Shown here piece after piece: positions 13,290 to 26,439 of a stretch of DNA of 64,000 bases; positions within the stretch are counted from its first letter, which is position 1; each line of letters begins with the position of its first letter. The notes beneath the pieces were generated by a model. It searched no databases and was not told where the DNA came from. It was given only the letters and a program-made list of their open reading frames with translations. The translations under genes were made by a program, and so were the position numbers. This stretch comes from Haliotis rubra (taxonomy: Eukaryota), in NCBI RefSeq assembly GCF_003918875.1, contig NW_025767246.1:434001-498000 (forward strand), read 5' to 3'.

Positions 13290-13533
13290 GTTGGTTTTGG
13301 TTATTGTCGAACGCCGCACAGCAATATTTGAGCTGTATGACGGCGGTCTGTAAATAGTGCGATCTGGACCAAACAATCCAGTGATCAGCAGCATGGGCAT
13401 CGATCTACTCAATTAGGAACCGATGACATGCATCAACCAAGTCAGCGAGCCTGACCACCCGATCCCGTTAGTCGCCTCTTACGACAAGCATGGGTTACTG
13501 AAGATCAATTCTAACCCGGATCTTCACGGGTCA
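13290..13533 (-). mobile_element. SINE family B
   Basis: Reverse complement of the family consensus. Confidence 0.9.
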
Positions 13534-13870
13534 CCACAGCCATAGGTTGCTGAAGACCAATTCTAACCCGGATTTTTACGGGTCACAACAGCCATTGGTT
13601 GCTGAAGACCAATTCTAACCCGGATCTTCACGGGTCACCACAGCCATAGGTTGCTGAAGACCAATTCTAACCCGGATCTTTACGGGTCACAACAGCCATT
13701 GGTTGCTGAAGACCAAGTCTAACCCGGATCTTCTCGGGTCACCACAACCACTGGTTGCTGAAGACCAATTCTAACCCGGATCTTCACGGGTCACCACAGC
13801 CATTGGTTGCTGAAGACCAATTCTAACGCGGATCTTCACGGGTCACTACAGCCAACGCGGATCTTCACGA
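13497..13870. repeat. 52-bp minisatellite (7 copies plus partial) derived from the SINE-B head
   Basis: Period 52 (13501, 13553, 13605 ... 13813); unit GTTGCTGAAGACCAATTCTAACCCGGATCTTCACGGGTCACCACAGCCATAG. Confidence 0.93.
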
Positions 13871-14171
13871 GTAGAGTTTTGAGAGAAGACGACTGAGTAC
13901 ACATCAGTATTGTCCAGGAAGATTTTAGGGAAGGGGAGGCTCCCCAAACCAAAATGTCCACTCACTTGAGATCTTGTGTGGCCAAACTGGTTGTGTGTTC
14001 GTGTATTTTTGCTCTTGTTATCAACCACTGGTTTAAGGTGTTCCAGGCTGGGTCATCTACAGGGTGCACAGTGGTTTATGTGTAATATTGCAACTGGGTA
14101 AAGCCACCTTTCACTCAACAAAAACTCACTCAATTAAGATTTCCTATGAGCATTTTCATCTCTTGGCCAAC

Positions 14172-14337
14172 GGGGCGGTGGGGTAGCCTAGGGGTTAACG
14201 TGCTCGTCACGTCGAAGGCACGGGTTCGATTCCCCACATGGGTACAATGTGTGAAACCTATTTCTAGTGTCTCCCGCCGTGATATTGCTGGAATATTGCT
14301 AAACGCGGTGTAAAACCCAACTCACTCACTCATTCAG
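14172..14337 (+). mobile_element. SINE family A
   Basis: Same consensus; TSD TTGGCCAAC. Confidence 0.9.
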
Positions 14338-14574
14338 TTGGCCAACTGGAAGCTGATTGTGCTTTCAATGGTAATAAATAAGTTTATACAATGACACCTT
14401 GTCAGTACGAACCCTGTCAATCTGGAAACCTTTCCATCCAACGACTGCTGCCATTCAACCGTAGCACTTCTGAGCGTTACTCCGTATGACGAGTTCCCTT
14501 GGTGACGCGAGGTAGAAAGTGTCCCCAGCCCAGGGAATCATTTTGGGACCACACGGAGAATCCTTGTTTCAAGT

Positions 14575-14938
14575 CCGGTGGGGTAGCTTAACAGTAAAAG
14601 CGTTCGCTATTCACGTCGAAATCCCGGGTTCGATTCCCCACATGGGTAAAGTTTGTAAAGCCCATTTCCGGTGTCCCCACATTGATATTGCTGGAATGTT
14701 TCTGAAAACGGAGCAATGGCACTTCCCAGCAACCTGGGTATTTAAGCAACAAACAAAACCCGTCCGGATCAACGTGAGTCAGTGAGTTTAGTTTTACGCC
14801 GTTTTAGCAATATTCCAGCAATATCATGGCGGGGACACCAGAAATGGGCTTCACACATTGTATCCATGTGGGGAATCGAACCCGGGTCTTCGGCGTGACG
14901 AGCGAACGCTTTAACCACAAGGCTACCCAACCGACCCC
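14575..14938. mobile_element. Two convergent SINE-A copies (14575-14712 +, degenerate; 14775-14938 -)
   Basis: Consensus matches on opposite strands. Confidence 0.85.
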
Positions 14939-16616
14939 GGATTCACGGATCTTCCTTACGCGAAATGCGTTTCAAAGTGTATTGTGTATGATTTGTGTCA
15001 TCCCATCTATGTGTTGCGAATTTTGACCTGTAATGACCTCTGGCATGACGATATCGTTTCGTTCTCACTTTAAGACAGGTTTCAATTACTCCGCCACAAG
15101 CTATTGCTTCTACAGCAGATTGTAACGGAACTTCACCGAAATAGACGAGAAGTGTGGTTTAATCACTTCGGCCGTTGAAACGCTCCAGCTGTCAAAGTAA
15201 TGTAGTCTGGGTAGACACCAAAACGGATGTCTAAAACGCCCGTCTTAGAGGGAAGCCCTTAGTCCGATTGGTGCTACACGAAGCAAATGAGACGGAGAGT
15301 GATACAGCGTCAGCCAGTGATGCGCCATTGATCAAAATGAACTGAAGACGATCTACGGCCGTCACTGACGCCGCTTCTTCAGCGATATGGGCGAAGGTAA
15401 TTAGGCGTACTCCATAGGTGGTCTGAAGCAGGGGGCAATTCCCCCCGGAGAGCTGTGTTCACTACGTCACCCATCAGACCGTTGGCTACACGTAATTGGT
15501 TGTCCGACATAAAGGGAGATAATTCCTACTCTCAGACTCTTAAGGTTTAATGGTCAAATGTTGAGACGGTTCTATTGGTCTCATCACGGCGGATGTCCTT
15601 GTTCAATTCCTTTGACCAACAAAAGCGCAGGCAGAAAATGATAAACCGATTCCCTGCGGTGCTAAAGCGAGTAACGTGTATTATTCGTTTCCGCAACGAA
15701 GACGGAGCACCAGTTAAAGCGCATTACGCTCAAGGCCACATCACATAATAGGCTGGCCACAGTTGGTAATAGGTCACTGGTATCAGTTGAGTTACCGTTC
15801 GTGTTGCCAGTGATTACGTTCTCCAGAATTCTGTGCAGGAACTGAAATGAGCTTAACTGTATTAGTTTGTGATAATCTCCTGGTCGATGGGAATAGGGTG
15901 TTTCATTTAAATCAATACAGATGGAGGAACAATTTAAAGTAAAATATTTGTTTTTGTTGCCTTTTTGACATTTCTAAGTGATAGAAATGTAAAGCCTGAA
16001 TCCCATGTCTTCAGAGATTGACAATATAGCGCCACCTGTCATATTGTGTTAGTTTATTGCTGAAAAATTTGATTCAATTTTAATTTTAATTTTACGATTC
16101 TGTTAAATGTGTAATATTTGAAATACAATGTCATCCATATTTTTTTCATCTGTTTCATATCAGTTTATTGCTCAGCTAAATCTATTCAACACTGTTCTAA
16201 TATATATTATATATGTTGTTGGCTTCAATCAATGGGTGCCATATTTGCAATGTCGTCAAGGATTGTCACTGGTGGTAATTACAGTGTTTTGTTTTGTCAT
16301 TGAACGCCACACTCTGCAATATTCCAGCTATATCGCCGCAGTCAGTAAATAATCGAGTCTGGACCAGACAATCCAGAGGTCAACATCATGAGCTACACAG
16401 TTGGGATACGATGACATGTGTCAACCAAGTCAGACCACCCGACCCCGTTAGTCGCCTCTTACAACACGCACGGGTTGCTGAAGTGTAATTACAATAGAAT
16501 CGCTTATTTTTATGCTATTAAAGCTCCACGCTCTCAGTAATTACAGTGCATCGCGTGTATGTTGTGTCAGATTGGATATTTGTTCCCAGCCTATTAAATA
16601 TTGCATCTCTACTAAG

Positions 16617-16779
16617 ACTGACTGAGTTTAGTTTTACGCCGCTTTTAGCAATATTCCAGCAATATCACGGCGGGGGACACCAGAAATGGGCTTAACACAT
16701 TGTACCCATGTGGGGAATCGAACCCGGGTCTTCGGCGTGACGAGCCAACGCTTTAACCACTAGGCTACCCCACCGCCCC
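16617..16779 (-). mobile_element. SINE family A
   Basis: Near-consensus copy; TSD TCTCTACTAAGA. Confidence 0.93.
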
Positions 16780-17169
16780 TCTCTACTAAGAACGTAGCGC
16801 TTTAAACGCTTAAAAACATATGACATGTAGTTACCCTGCGCCATCTTTATGGATTTTGTTCGCCATCTCTACTGCCTGGCATTTTCAGTTTTATTTATTT
16901 CTCATATATTGGACAAGAATAAGTACTAAAATTCATTAGGTTACATTTTCTTTCACAATTTGATTTTAGTACTTGTTTAAATACCGAAGGTATAGAAATT
17001 ACATTAACACAAACGCACGTGAAAAACATTTGAGTTTTTGTGTGTGCTTGTGTTGGAATATAGCCGCTGATGACATGTACCTTTGTCCTTAAGCAAGGAC
17101 CAATAGTGTCCTAGTCTATGGACCAGTAGTACATGGTAGCCATCTTAATTCATGGACCACTGTTTAGCT

Positions 17170-18110
17170 AGTTATGTTAATTGTCTTCAAGGGGGGACTG
17201 CCTCTGTTGCCAGATAATTGTGAAATTGTAATTGTCTTCAAGGAGGGACTGCCTCTGTTGCAAAATAATTGTGAAATTGTAATTGTCTTCAAGGAGGGAC
17301 TGCCTCTGTCGCCAGATAATTGTGAAATTGTAATTGTCTTCAAGGAGGGACCGCCTCTGTTGCCAGATAATTGTGAAATTGTAATTGTCTTCAAGGAGGA
17401 ACCGCCTCTGTTGCAAGACAATTATTCAATGGTAATTGTCTTCAAGGAGGAACCGCCTCTGTTGCAAGACAATTGTCAAATAGTAATTGTCTTCAAGGAG
17501 GGACTGCCTCTGTTGCAAGACAATTGTCAAATAGTAATTGTCTTCAAGCAGGGACCGCCTCTGTTGCAAGATAATTGTGAAATAGTAATAGTCTTCAAGC
17601 AGGGATCAACTCTGTTGCAAAATAATTGTCCAATAGTAATTGTTTCCAAGCAGGGACCGCCTCTGTTGCAAGATAATTGTCCAATAGTAATTGTTTCCAA
17701 GCAAGGATTACCTCTGTTGCAAGGTAATTGTCCAATAGTAATTGTTTTCAAGCAGGGATCACCTCTGTTGCAAGATGATTGTCCAATAGTAATTGTTTTC
17801 AAGCAGGGGTCACCTCTGTTGCAAGATAATTGTCCAATAGTAATTGTTTTCAAGCAGGGATCACCTCTGTTGCAAGATAATTGTTCAATGGTAATTGTTT
17901 TCAAGCAGGGACCGCCTCTGTTGCAAGATAATTGTCCAATGGTAATTGTTTTCAAGCAGGGACCGCCTCTGTTGCAAGATAATTGTCCAATAGTAATTGT
18001 TTTCAAGCAGGAACCACCCCTGTTGCAAGGTATATTTGTCAAATGGTAATGGTCCTCAAGCACTGACCACCTCTGTTGCAAGATAATCGTCCAATGATAA
18101 TTCTCTTAAA
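17170..18110. repeat. 51-bp minisatellite (~18 copies)
   Basis: Unit ~GTAATTGTYTTCAAGSAGGGACCGCCTCTGTTGCAAGATAATTGTCCAATA; gives a 17-aa repeat ORF. Confidence 0.95.
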
Positions 18111-18554
18111 CAAGGACCAATAGTTGATGGTAACAGTCCAAATTCGTGTACCACCAGTGTAACTGTCTGAAGGCTGTCAGTCCACATCCAGTCCAACACC
18201 CAAAGCGCCGCAAGACAATATTCTTTTATTACGTTTGATACACGAACTTGGTAGAATTACAAGTCTGCGATTTAAGCTGGTTTCCACAGCCGGGGCATGA
18301 AAACTCGGTCACTGCGGTTTAATCCCCAAGTACATCTCCCATGAAAAGCCAAATGAAATAGAAAGCAATCTTTGATCTATTCCCCCTCTATGTGTTACAA
18401 TCCCCATAATGCGGTCTGACAATCACACGTGTTGGCAGGTAATTTCCGCACTGTAAGAGAACGCTCCGGGTTTCTCAGTCTGTGGGCGGTGGGAGCTGAG
18501 GGTGTGGAGCGGAAGATGGGGATACTCTGATGTGTGAATGGTGGTATAGGGGAC

Positions 18555-19095
18555 ATGGGTAGGGTGTGGGGTGTGGGGTGTGGCGTGTGGGGTGTGGGGT
18601 GTTGGGTGTTGGGTGTGGGGTGTGGGGTGGGGTGTGGTGGGGTGGGGTGTGGGGTGTGAGGTGTTGGGTGTTGGGTGTGGGGTGTTAGGTGTGAGGAGGG
18701 GTGTAACAGTCCAAATTCGTGTACAACCAGTGTGTGGGATGTGAGGTGTGAAATGTTGGGTGTGGGGTGTTGGGTGTGCGGTGTGGGGGTGGGGTGTGCG
18801 GTGTGGGGTGTGGGGTGTGGGGTGTGGGGTGTGGGATGTGTGTGAAATGTTTGGTGTGGGGTGTTGGGTGTGCGGTGCGGTGGGGGTGTGGGTGTGGGGT
18901 GTGGGGTGTGGGGTGTGGGATGTGAGGTGTGAAATGTTGGGTGTGGGGTGTTGGGTGTGTGTGGGGTGGGTGTGGGGTGCGGTGGGTGTGGGGTGTGGGG
19001 TGTGGGGTGTGGGGTGTGGGGTGTGGGGTGTGGGGTGTGGTGAGTTGGGTGTGGGGTGTAACAGTCCAAATTCGTGTACCACCAGTGTGTGGGGT
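18555..19095. repeat. G-rich (GGGGTGT)n repeat, G-quadruplex-prone
   Basis: Dense G4 tracts separated by TGT. Confidence 0.95.
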
Positions 19096-19266
19096 GTTCG
19101 ATACGTGCACGATACGTGGGCAGTCCATGTCGTGCAATTAAAAATATATACAGCAGACATCCGTCCTAATATTATTGATTATACATGGGCTGAAGTTCAT
19201 TTGTTTCAAATAACCTTTCTCAGTGTAAACGTATTCATCATATTCTTAAGATTTAATTTCAGCTTA

Positions 19267-19558
19267 GGGTCCGTTCATAATTTATGGCTGGGGTGTGTGT
19301 GTGTTGATTTTTATGAAGGAGCATGTGCAATGTGAGTGACCCCTCCTAAAGTATATATGCAAAGTAAGTCAAACCACCACCACCACCACCCCCCACCCCC
19401 TGCATGTAATGTACAGAATCAATCACATCCCCCCTCCCCTTCCCATATTTTTAAGCATAATTTAAAAAAAAATAATATACAAAATGGGTGAGCGCCCCTT
19501 AAAATCATTCCTTCCTTTCCCCGGGGGTGGGGGCAGGGCTTAATTTATGAACGGTCCC
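19267..19558. mobile_element. PIF/Harbinger-type MITE
   Basis: TIR GGG(T/A)CCGTTCATAA, TTA trinucleotide on both flanks. Confidence 0.75.
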
Positions 19559-19902
19559 TTAGTGGGTTCGACAACATGCTCTCCACTGCAGGCATCCAGG
19601 TGTCGCTCGTACCTCACCAACTAACAATGTCTATCGCGACAAGGGCGCCACCTGATGGCACTGTTGAGGAGTTTGGATCCACAAGCACTTTGACATCATC
19701 TCAAGTACTGTGTTGGTGAACCGGTCCTCTGTACATCTTGAAATATCCAGCATTATTTACAAATGCCATTACCGTCCATAAATACGCCTAACACACTCTG
19801 TCACAGGTGGCTTTAAACCTCGACGAATGAATCGGACTGAAGAATATCCTGCATTGGGTTTGGCAGCTGTGGTTCAAAACACAACTGCTCCGAAACAACA
19901 TA

Positions 19903-20008
19903 TACTCATGCCAATAATGGTTGTCACCCCCTCCCCACCCCACCCCCACCCCCACCCCTCTCCAATTAAAAAAATTGAAGGGGGTGACAACCATTATTGG
20001 CATGAGTA
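19903..20008. mobile_element. Tc1-type MITE, 106 bp
   Basis: Perfect 30-bp TIR TACTCATGCCAATAATGGTTGTCACCCCCT, TA TSD. Confidence 0.9.
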
Positions 20009-20384
20009 TATAAGGACTAGAACATTTGACAATAAGGGGTGTCCTGGCGTTTCCTGAAGACTAATAACGCTGTAGTCTTGACCCAGAACTGTGGAAGACG
20101 CGATCGTTACGAGAAGGCAGCAGTGACAAATAGCTTCGGTAACGAGCTCACGTTGCACGCGACACCGCGTCTATGCAGTTTAAGTGTTAAGGGTAATTAA
20201 ACTGGTCTTGCTCACAAACTTAAAAAAAATAAATTATATCAATAACGGCATGTGAACGGAATATGAAATTGTTGACTGACCTTGATAATCTCTTCGTACT
20301 GTTGTATGGCAGGCTGTCGTGGTGTTATGCATGCAATGCACCAGGTCAACTGTCAGTTGATCAGTCGCAGGAGACTTAAATTAA

Positions 20385-20543
20385 GTCAGTCAGTCAGTCA
20401 GTCAGTCAGTATGGTTTTACGATGCCTTCAGCAATACTCCATAAACATCGCGGAGAGGGTCACCCATAGGGCTTAACACATTGTACTCTTTTTGGGGAAT
20501 CGAACCCGGGTCTTCAGCCTAACGATTAGGCTACTCCGCCACC
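20385..20543 (-). mobile_element. SINE family A, degenerate
   Basis: GGGGAATCGAACCCGGGTCTTC and (GTCA)n tail. Confidence 0.75.
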
Positions 20544-20569
20544 GGAGCTAAATTGAAATAACTGAGATG

Positions 20570-21600
20570 GAACTAGTTTGAATTGTGTGAGGGTTTTGCT
20601 TGTCCTATATATTTCACAGGATAGTTGCCACACTACCATGATAAACTTAGACACAGGAACCATATACCTTATTTTTAACACTGAAGCATACCACAGCACC
20701 CTATATGACGCAGGTCTTATTTCAGTAAATCCTTCAAACACTGAAGTCGACAAACCTAGAAACATAACCTGGGCGAATCGGGAGTCTGACCCACGATTAT
20801 CGGTTACTGTCACACCCAAGGGAGGCAACTCTGCACACCTAATAGCAGTCGTAGACCATGGTCCCCCGTGCACCCTTGTTTATAAATAGAAAATGTTAGT
20901 CAATTCTATGAGAGAGAAATGTTTGGACATGAGACAGGTAAAAATTCCGTTGAATGCAGGAGGGAGTCTGGAAACGGTAACTGCGTCTAATCAGGTTTTG
21001 AACATAGAATATTTACCCTGGTATCAGAGAAACCATTATTGCCGCTGATGCTCAGCTCTAATGCAACAGCCAGATGATGACCCCTCCTGGAGGATGTGAA
21101 ACCCGTTAAACATCCATGTGGAGGGCCTGTATTCCAAACAGCCAAGCCCGACACCGTGCATGATAACATGACTTGATGAGGGTTGTAGAAGTTGCATCGA
21201 TCACCGTTGCGTGCGTGTTGGACGTTACGGCAGATGCCAGGCTTTTCTTGCAGATATATTTATGCGCCATGGACGACTTCCGAATTAGATCACAAAACCA
21301 GACAGAGTCGACCTTTGTCTCACATTTAGCTTCTATTAGAGAATATACGAGGAAGTATATCACAGGGGATCCTGCTGCCACTTTCCATCACAGACCTGTC
21401 CATTATTGTAAAAGTGTTCCTTGATTCGGGTATAGAAATGTATTTTTTATGTGTGCCAAGAGGCACTGGTAAGATGTTTTGGTGAACCTTTGGAATTAAA
21501 GTGCGCCAACTAGACGAATACTTTTGATCTGCCATGGAGATTTGTGAATGTAGTTTCGCGTTTTAGATGCAAAACAATCTGTTGTAATAGTGAAAGTTGG
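20570..21600 (+). pseudogene. Decayed member of an unrecognised dispersed ORF family (most complete copy)
   Basis: YHSTLYDAGLISVNPSNT..ITWANRESDPRLSVTVTPKGGNSAHLIAVVDHGPP..VKIPLNAGGSLETVTASNQVLNIEYLPWYQRN..RVVEVASI..LFLQIYLCAMDDFRIRSQNQT..GDPAATFHHRPVHYCKSVP*..LWN*; few stops and about one frameshift. Confidence 0.6.
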
Positions 21601-21755
21601 AACCTTTCGTTCACGGAGGTAATGATATAATTGTTAATTTCCGAATACGGTGATTGAAATTCTAAATATTGCGGTGCATGAAGCGTCTTGACATCATCTT
21701 TTTACATGTTTGTTTTGTATGTTGTTGGTAGGCGATATTGTCCAGCTTTCTCAAA

Positions 21756-22093
21756 GGGGCGCTGAAGAAGCCTAGTTGTTAAAGCTTTCTCTCGTCACAC
21801 CCAAGACCGGGTTCGAATCCCCACATGATTACAACGTGTGAAGTCCATTTCTGGTCCCCCGCCGTGATATTGCTAAAAGCGGCGTAAAACCAAACTCACT
21901 CACCACCTATATAAGAGCCTGTCTGTAAATAATCGAGTTTGGACCACACAAACCAGTCACTGAGCATCGATCCCCGCACTTGAGATGCGATGGGAAACTT
22001 CAACCAAGTGATCAAATATAACCACCTGATCCCGTTAGGCGTCCTTACGACAAGCATAGGTTGATGAAGATCAGCTCTAACCCGGATCTTCAC
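21756..22093. mobile_element. Degenerate SINE-A (+, 21756-21903) abutting SINE-B (-, 21905-22093)
   Basis: Consensus matches. Confidence 0.75.
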
Positions 22094-22123
22094 AGATCCG
22101 TTTCACTGTGGTTGAGGCATGTA

Positions 22124-23626
22124 TACTAGGCACATAAAGAAACTGTGCATACAAAAATTGAAAATCTAAATTTATCAAACCTGTGTAGACACATAAGGAT
22201 TTAAACTCAGAGATAAGTGACATGTATCCAACATGCATGCACGTGCCACGTTCCGTGACGTCAGTGGGTTCGTCCTTGAGACGTGCAATACGTTGTTGCA
22301 CGTGCATTCCGGGAAAGAGAAACAGAGCAAATGAATGCCACACAATACTGTCACTTTGAAAAGCTCACCCCCTGCCCTTGCGATCGTTCAAAAAATATAA
22401 CGGCTATTGAAACGCATAGCATGCCAAGGCTCACGTCTGCACAACATCATGAGGCCATTGGGATGGTCCGTGGGGGAATGTCTCAACGACAAGTGGCTGC
22501 ACATTTCCACTGCCACCGGAACACCATTTCTGCACTGGTGAGACGCTACCAGAACACAAATGACGCCATCGAGCGGCCACGTTCTGGACGTCCACGTGTA
22601 ACAACGCCAAGACAGGACAGATGGATAAGGGTGACCCATCTTCGCCACAGGTTTCAGACTGCAGTGATGACAGCCCGAACCATCCCAGGACTTCGCCGTA
22701 TCCACCCCAACACAGTTCGACAACGTTTACGTCATCACGGGATCAGACCACGACGTCCCGCCATACGGCCTATCCTGACACAACGTCATCGACAAGCTCG
22801 CCGAATGTGGTGCCGAAATCATGTCCGCAGACCCTTGTTTTGGTGGAGAAATGTTGTTTTTACAGATGAGTCCAGGTTTAACATTTCCCATAGTGATGGA
22901 CGTCAACGTGCCTATAGACGCGTGGGAGAACGTTATGCACAGGCCTGTGTCTTGGAGAGGAATCGCTTTGGTGGTGGTTCCGTGATGATTTGGGGTGGAA
23001 TAACAGCACGCCAAAGAACTCCTTTGGTGATTGTTCAGGGCAACTTAACTGGTGTGGGCTACAGGGATCAATTCTTCGACCTGTGGCAATTCCTTTTCTG
23101 CAACGTCATGGGTTAACATTCCAACAGGACAATGCCCGCCCTCATACGGCAAGGGTTGCTATGGATTTCTTGCAACACCATAACGTTGACTTACTGCCAT
23201 GGCCTGCAAATTCACCGGATCTCTCCCCGATAGAGCATGTTTGGGACGAAATGGATCGACGTCTACGCCGTCTTCCTCATCCGCCAGATAACGTCCTTGA
23301 CCTTGCAACAGAACTTGAGAGAATCTGGCGTGACATCCCACAAGCCTTCCTTGCACGTTTGATAGGCTCTATGCGTCGTCGATGCACTGCTGTTCTCAAT
23401 GCCGATGGTGGACATACCCGTTATTGAGCTTGTGACATGGTCGTTTGACCCGTCCCGCTTGTGGACTCGTGACGTCATTGTGATTGACTTTTCAATTTAA
23501 ATTCTCCCGACTTATTATGGTCTCATGATCCCTCCATTAAAGTTTATATGTACCTTTGACATTGTTATCGTACTTATCAACTGGGATAATATTTTGACAA
23601 TGCACAGTTTCTTTATGTGCCTAGTA
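22124..23626 (+). mobile_element. Tc1/mariner DNA transposon (DD34E), young copy
   Basis: Perfect 27-bp TIRs TACTAGGCACATAAAGAAACTGTGCAT and TA TSDs. Confidence 0.97.
22421..23427 (+). pseudogene. Tc1 transposase with a single 1-bp frameshift near 23070
   Basis: MPRLTSAQ..RSGRPR..FTDES..WGGI..YRDQ|ILRP..QQDNARPH..SPDLSPIE..GGHTRY; adding one A gives 335 aa. Confidence 0.93.
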
Positions 23627-23868
23627 TATGTGTGGTTTAATAAACTAACACGGTGGCCAAGTGGCGATAAGGACGCTAGAAGCCTGTGATTATGGGTTCG
23701 AGTCCCGATTCGCCTCCACTATTTCTAGGTTTGTCAACGCCATACCCATTCTTTCTGGTTTCACCCTTTAAGATTCGCATCATTTCGGGCTTCCCCAAAT
23801 TTACCTCCTTGATATAACAGGAATACTGTTACAGCAGCTTTGAAGCCTCTCTCACTCTGTCATCACCT

Positions 23869-24087
23869 GTGAAGATCCGGGTTAGAATTGATCTTCAGCA
23901 ACCCATGCTTGTCATAAGAGGCGACTAACGGGATCGGGTGGTCAGGCTCGCTGACTTGGTTGACACATGTCATCGGTCCAAACTCGATTATTTACAGACA
24001 GCCGCCATATGGCTGGAATGTTCCTGAATGCGGAGTCAAACAAACAAACAAACAACAAACAAACAAACAAACAAACAAACAAACAAT
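23869..24087 (+). mobile_element. SINE family B (internal deletion), (CAAA)n tail
   Basis: Consensus match. Confidence 0.88.
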
Positions 24088-26439
24088 CCAAATGGCTACT
24101 TAGATCGAGCATCAGGAACCAGCCCTTGATCTGATCGTGATGTTTACAATAAGAACCGTCCGTTAGCAAGGAATTTCGAAACCTGACATTAACTGAAAAC
24201 CACAACGTTTTGGTAAGAAGACATCACGTCGGTGCATTTGTACCAAGGAAAACGTCTCATTTTTCAATTCTGTCTGATCAATATTCAACATATTCCTATA
24301 GTTAACAGCCTGTAACAGGAAATGTCCTCTAGTGTAATTGTGTTTGCTTTATGGCAGGAGGTCGTTTTCTTAATCAGTTTTATAAATGTAAAAAGCCATC
24401 GCCCGTGGGATTTTGTATCCTGCGTCAATTTCATTTCTGACAGTCTGAGACTTATAACGGGAAACCGTAGCCATAGCGAACTCAATGTTGGACATGATTT
24501 ACATATTCAGGATATTGCTGAGGGAATAATGGTAATGACCTTGACCTGTGACCCACGGAAAGTCACCGTGACCTTTTCCTATGATGATGTGTGCAGCGTA
24601 CAGTGCAGAACCGGCCATTTGATATGCGGGGGAGGAGGAAAGGGTAGGGGGGGAGGAAGGGTATTGAAATGCAATTTCTATTGTCCAAGAAAAGTCATGA
24701 AATAGATATTTGTGTTTCTAGCAGTTGAAATGCTAAGAGAACATGCAAAGCCTCATAGTTTCAATTACATAGCGATCTGGCCTTCCGATTTAACAGAAAC
24801 TACAGCTAGTCTAATGCAATACAAACCCAAAACAAACAAATTCCTACAGTTTTTGAAAGATATTTGACACTGTCATACACTAAACCCCTAAATGATATTC
24901 CGGTATTCAAAGTGTCCATGAAACGCACAACCTTGAGATATCGAGCCGCCGTCACCTCAGTATGTCATCAAAATATACAACAGTGATAGCATCGTGGCTG
25001 CCAGTAGTTTTTCAACGGGGATTAAATGGGATTCGAACTTTTCCTATCAATCACAGTTATATTAAAGTATAAAACGGCAACGTCAGATAATAAGCAGTCT
25101 CGATCAATCGGCCAAACAGATTGCTTTGGGCGTAAAGGGAAAAATGACATTGAAAATTCCATGAATGGGTAACTAAAAATGATTGGTCACAAGGTGTCTC
25201 CCTCCCCCCGAAATAAATGAATGAATGAATAAATAAATAAGTAAATGAATGAATGATTGGATGATGGATGGACGGACGGACGAAGAAACAAACAAACAAA
25301 TAAATAAATAGATAGATAAATAGATAAAATAAAAGATTCTAAGGTACTTAGATTTTAGACATGTCCAAAAATGGTTAAATGGTATTTATACGTTAGAACT
25401 ATATATGTTCCAGGATTTTCCTTTAATAGAAGCATTGCTGCTAAAACTGCGTCATTTTGTGAAAGATAAATCCAGTTTCAAATAAACTGATACATCTAAA
25501 ATGCAAAGTGTTCTTCCACTCTTGTCCATCGGTGGTGACTTTTCATCATGGTTGCTAGGCAACAATAAGACAGCTTAAATATCACTTTTTGCCTCGTTAT
25601 AAAAAAACATGACACAAAAAGGCTTTTATCGCTTTTATTTCCAGGTAATCTGTCAGCTGTTATTGAATATGATTGATATGGTTTCATTAAGTAGACCGGC
25701 GGATGGTTCTTTTCAACCATTAGGCTTTACAAGCACTGCGATATCATGGCCAAATGACTGACCTGATTCGATGATATCCTCACTGATACCTTTGATATTG
25801 ATTTGTAGTGTCCAGTATTGAGTATTGTCCAGCAATCATATTATAACTGTTTCAACTAATTCAACGAACTGCGCTTCATACATTACCAATTACCGATCAC
25901 CGATCGATATTTAAAAGCATCTCTGAAACTCACATTGTAACAGTTTCACAGGATGAAAAAAGTAATCGGGGTTTTCAAAAGAGATTACCTGCAAGTTTGT
26001 TCTTCTACTGCTGATATTTTTCTCTTGTATTTGCTGACAGAAAGCAATTACGGATCAGACAAAAGATGGCCGTGTTTAAGATGATACTTCTAAGAAGCAT
26101 AGTACACTTAACACTTTTGGTTCATATCTGTTGAGACTTCATCACTGTTGCTAAGCAACGTTAACCAGCAGATATAACACATTAGGCCTAGTGGTGAAAT
26201 GCATAAGATGAAATAGCGTAATATATGCAAGATGATGTCTTCGTTTAAAGAAACTCGGAAATATATGCCGGTTTTTTTTAATTCAGAATGGGGATGAGGA
26301 ATAGTATATACCGCAGATTGTTTTACTTTGAAAATATTTATTATTTATACATATTTATATTTTTTACATTATTGAAACTAGGACTGCTTTCAGTTCAGAA
26401 AACACCCGAGGTGTACAGTGAGCCAGAGTAGCTTAGTCT

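Noticed and set aside
18395-19335. Pro/His/Thr-rich and Gly/Val/Trp/Cys-rich ORFs
   Set aside because: Simple (GGGGTGT)n repeat.
24535-24580. TGACCTTGACCT nuclear-receptor half-site cluster
   Set aside because: Short, common motif with no independent support.
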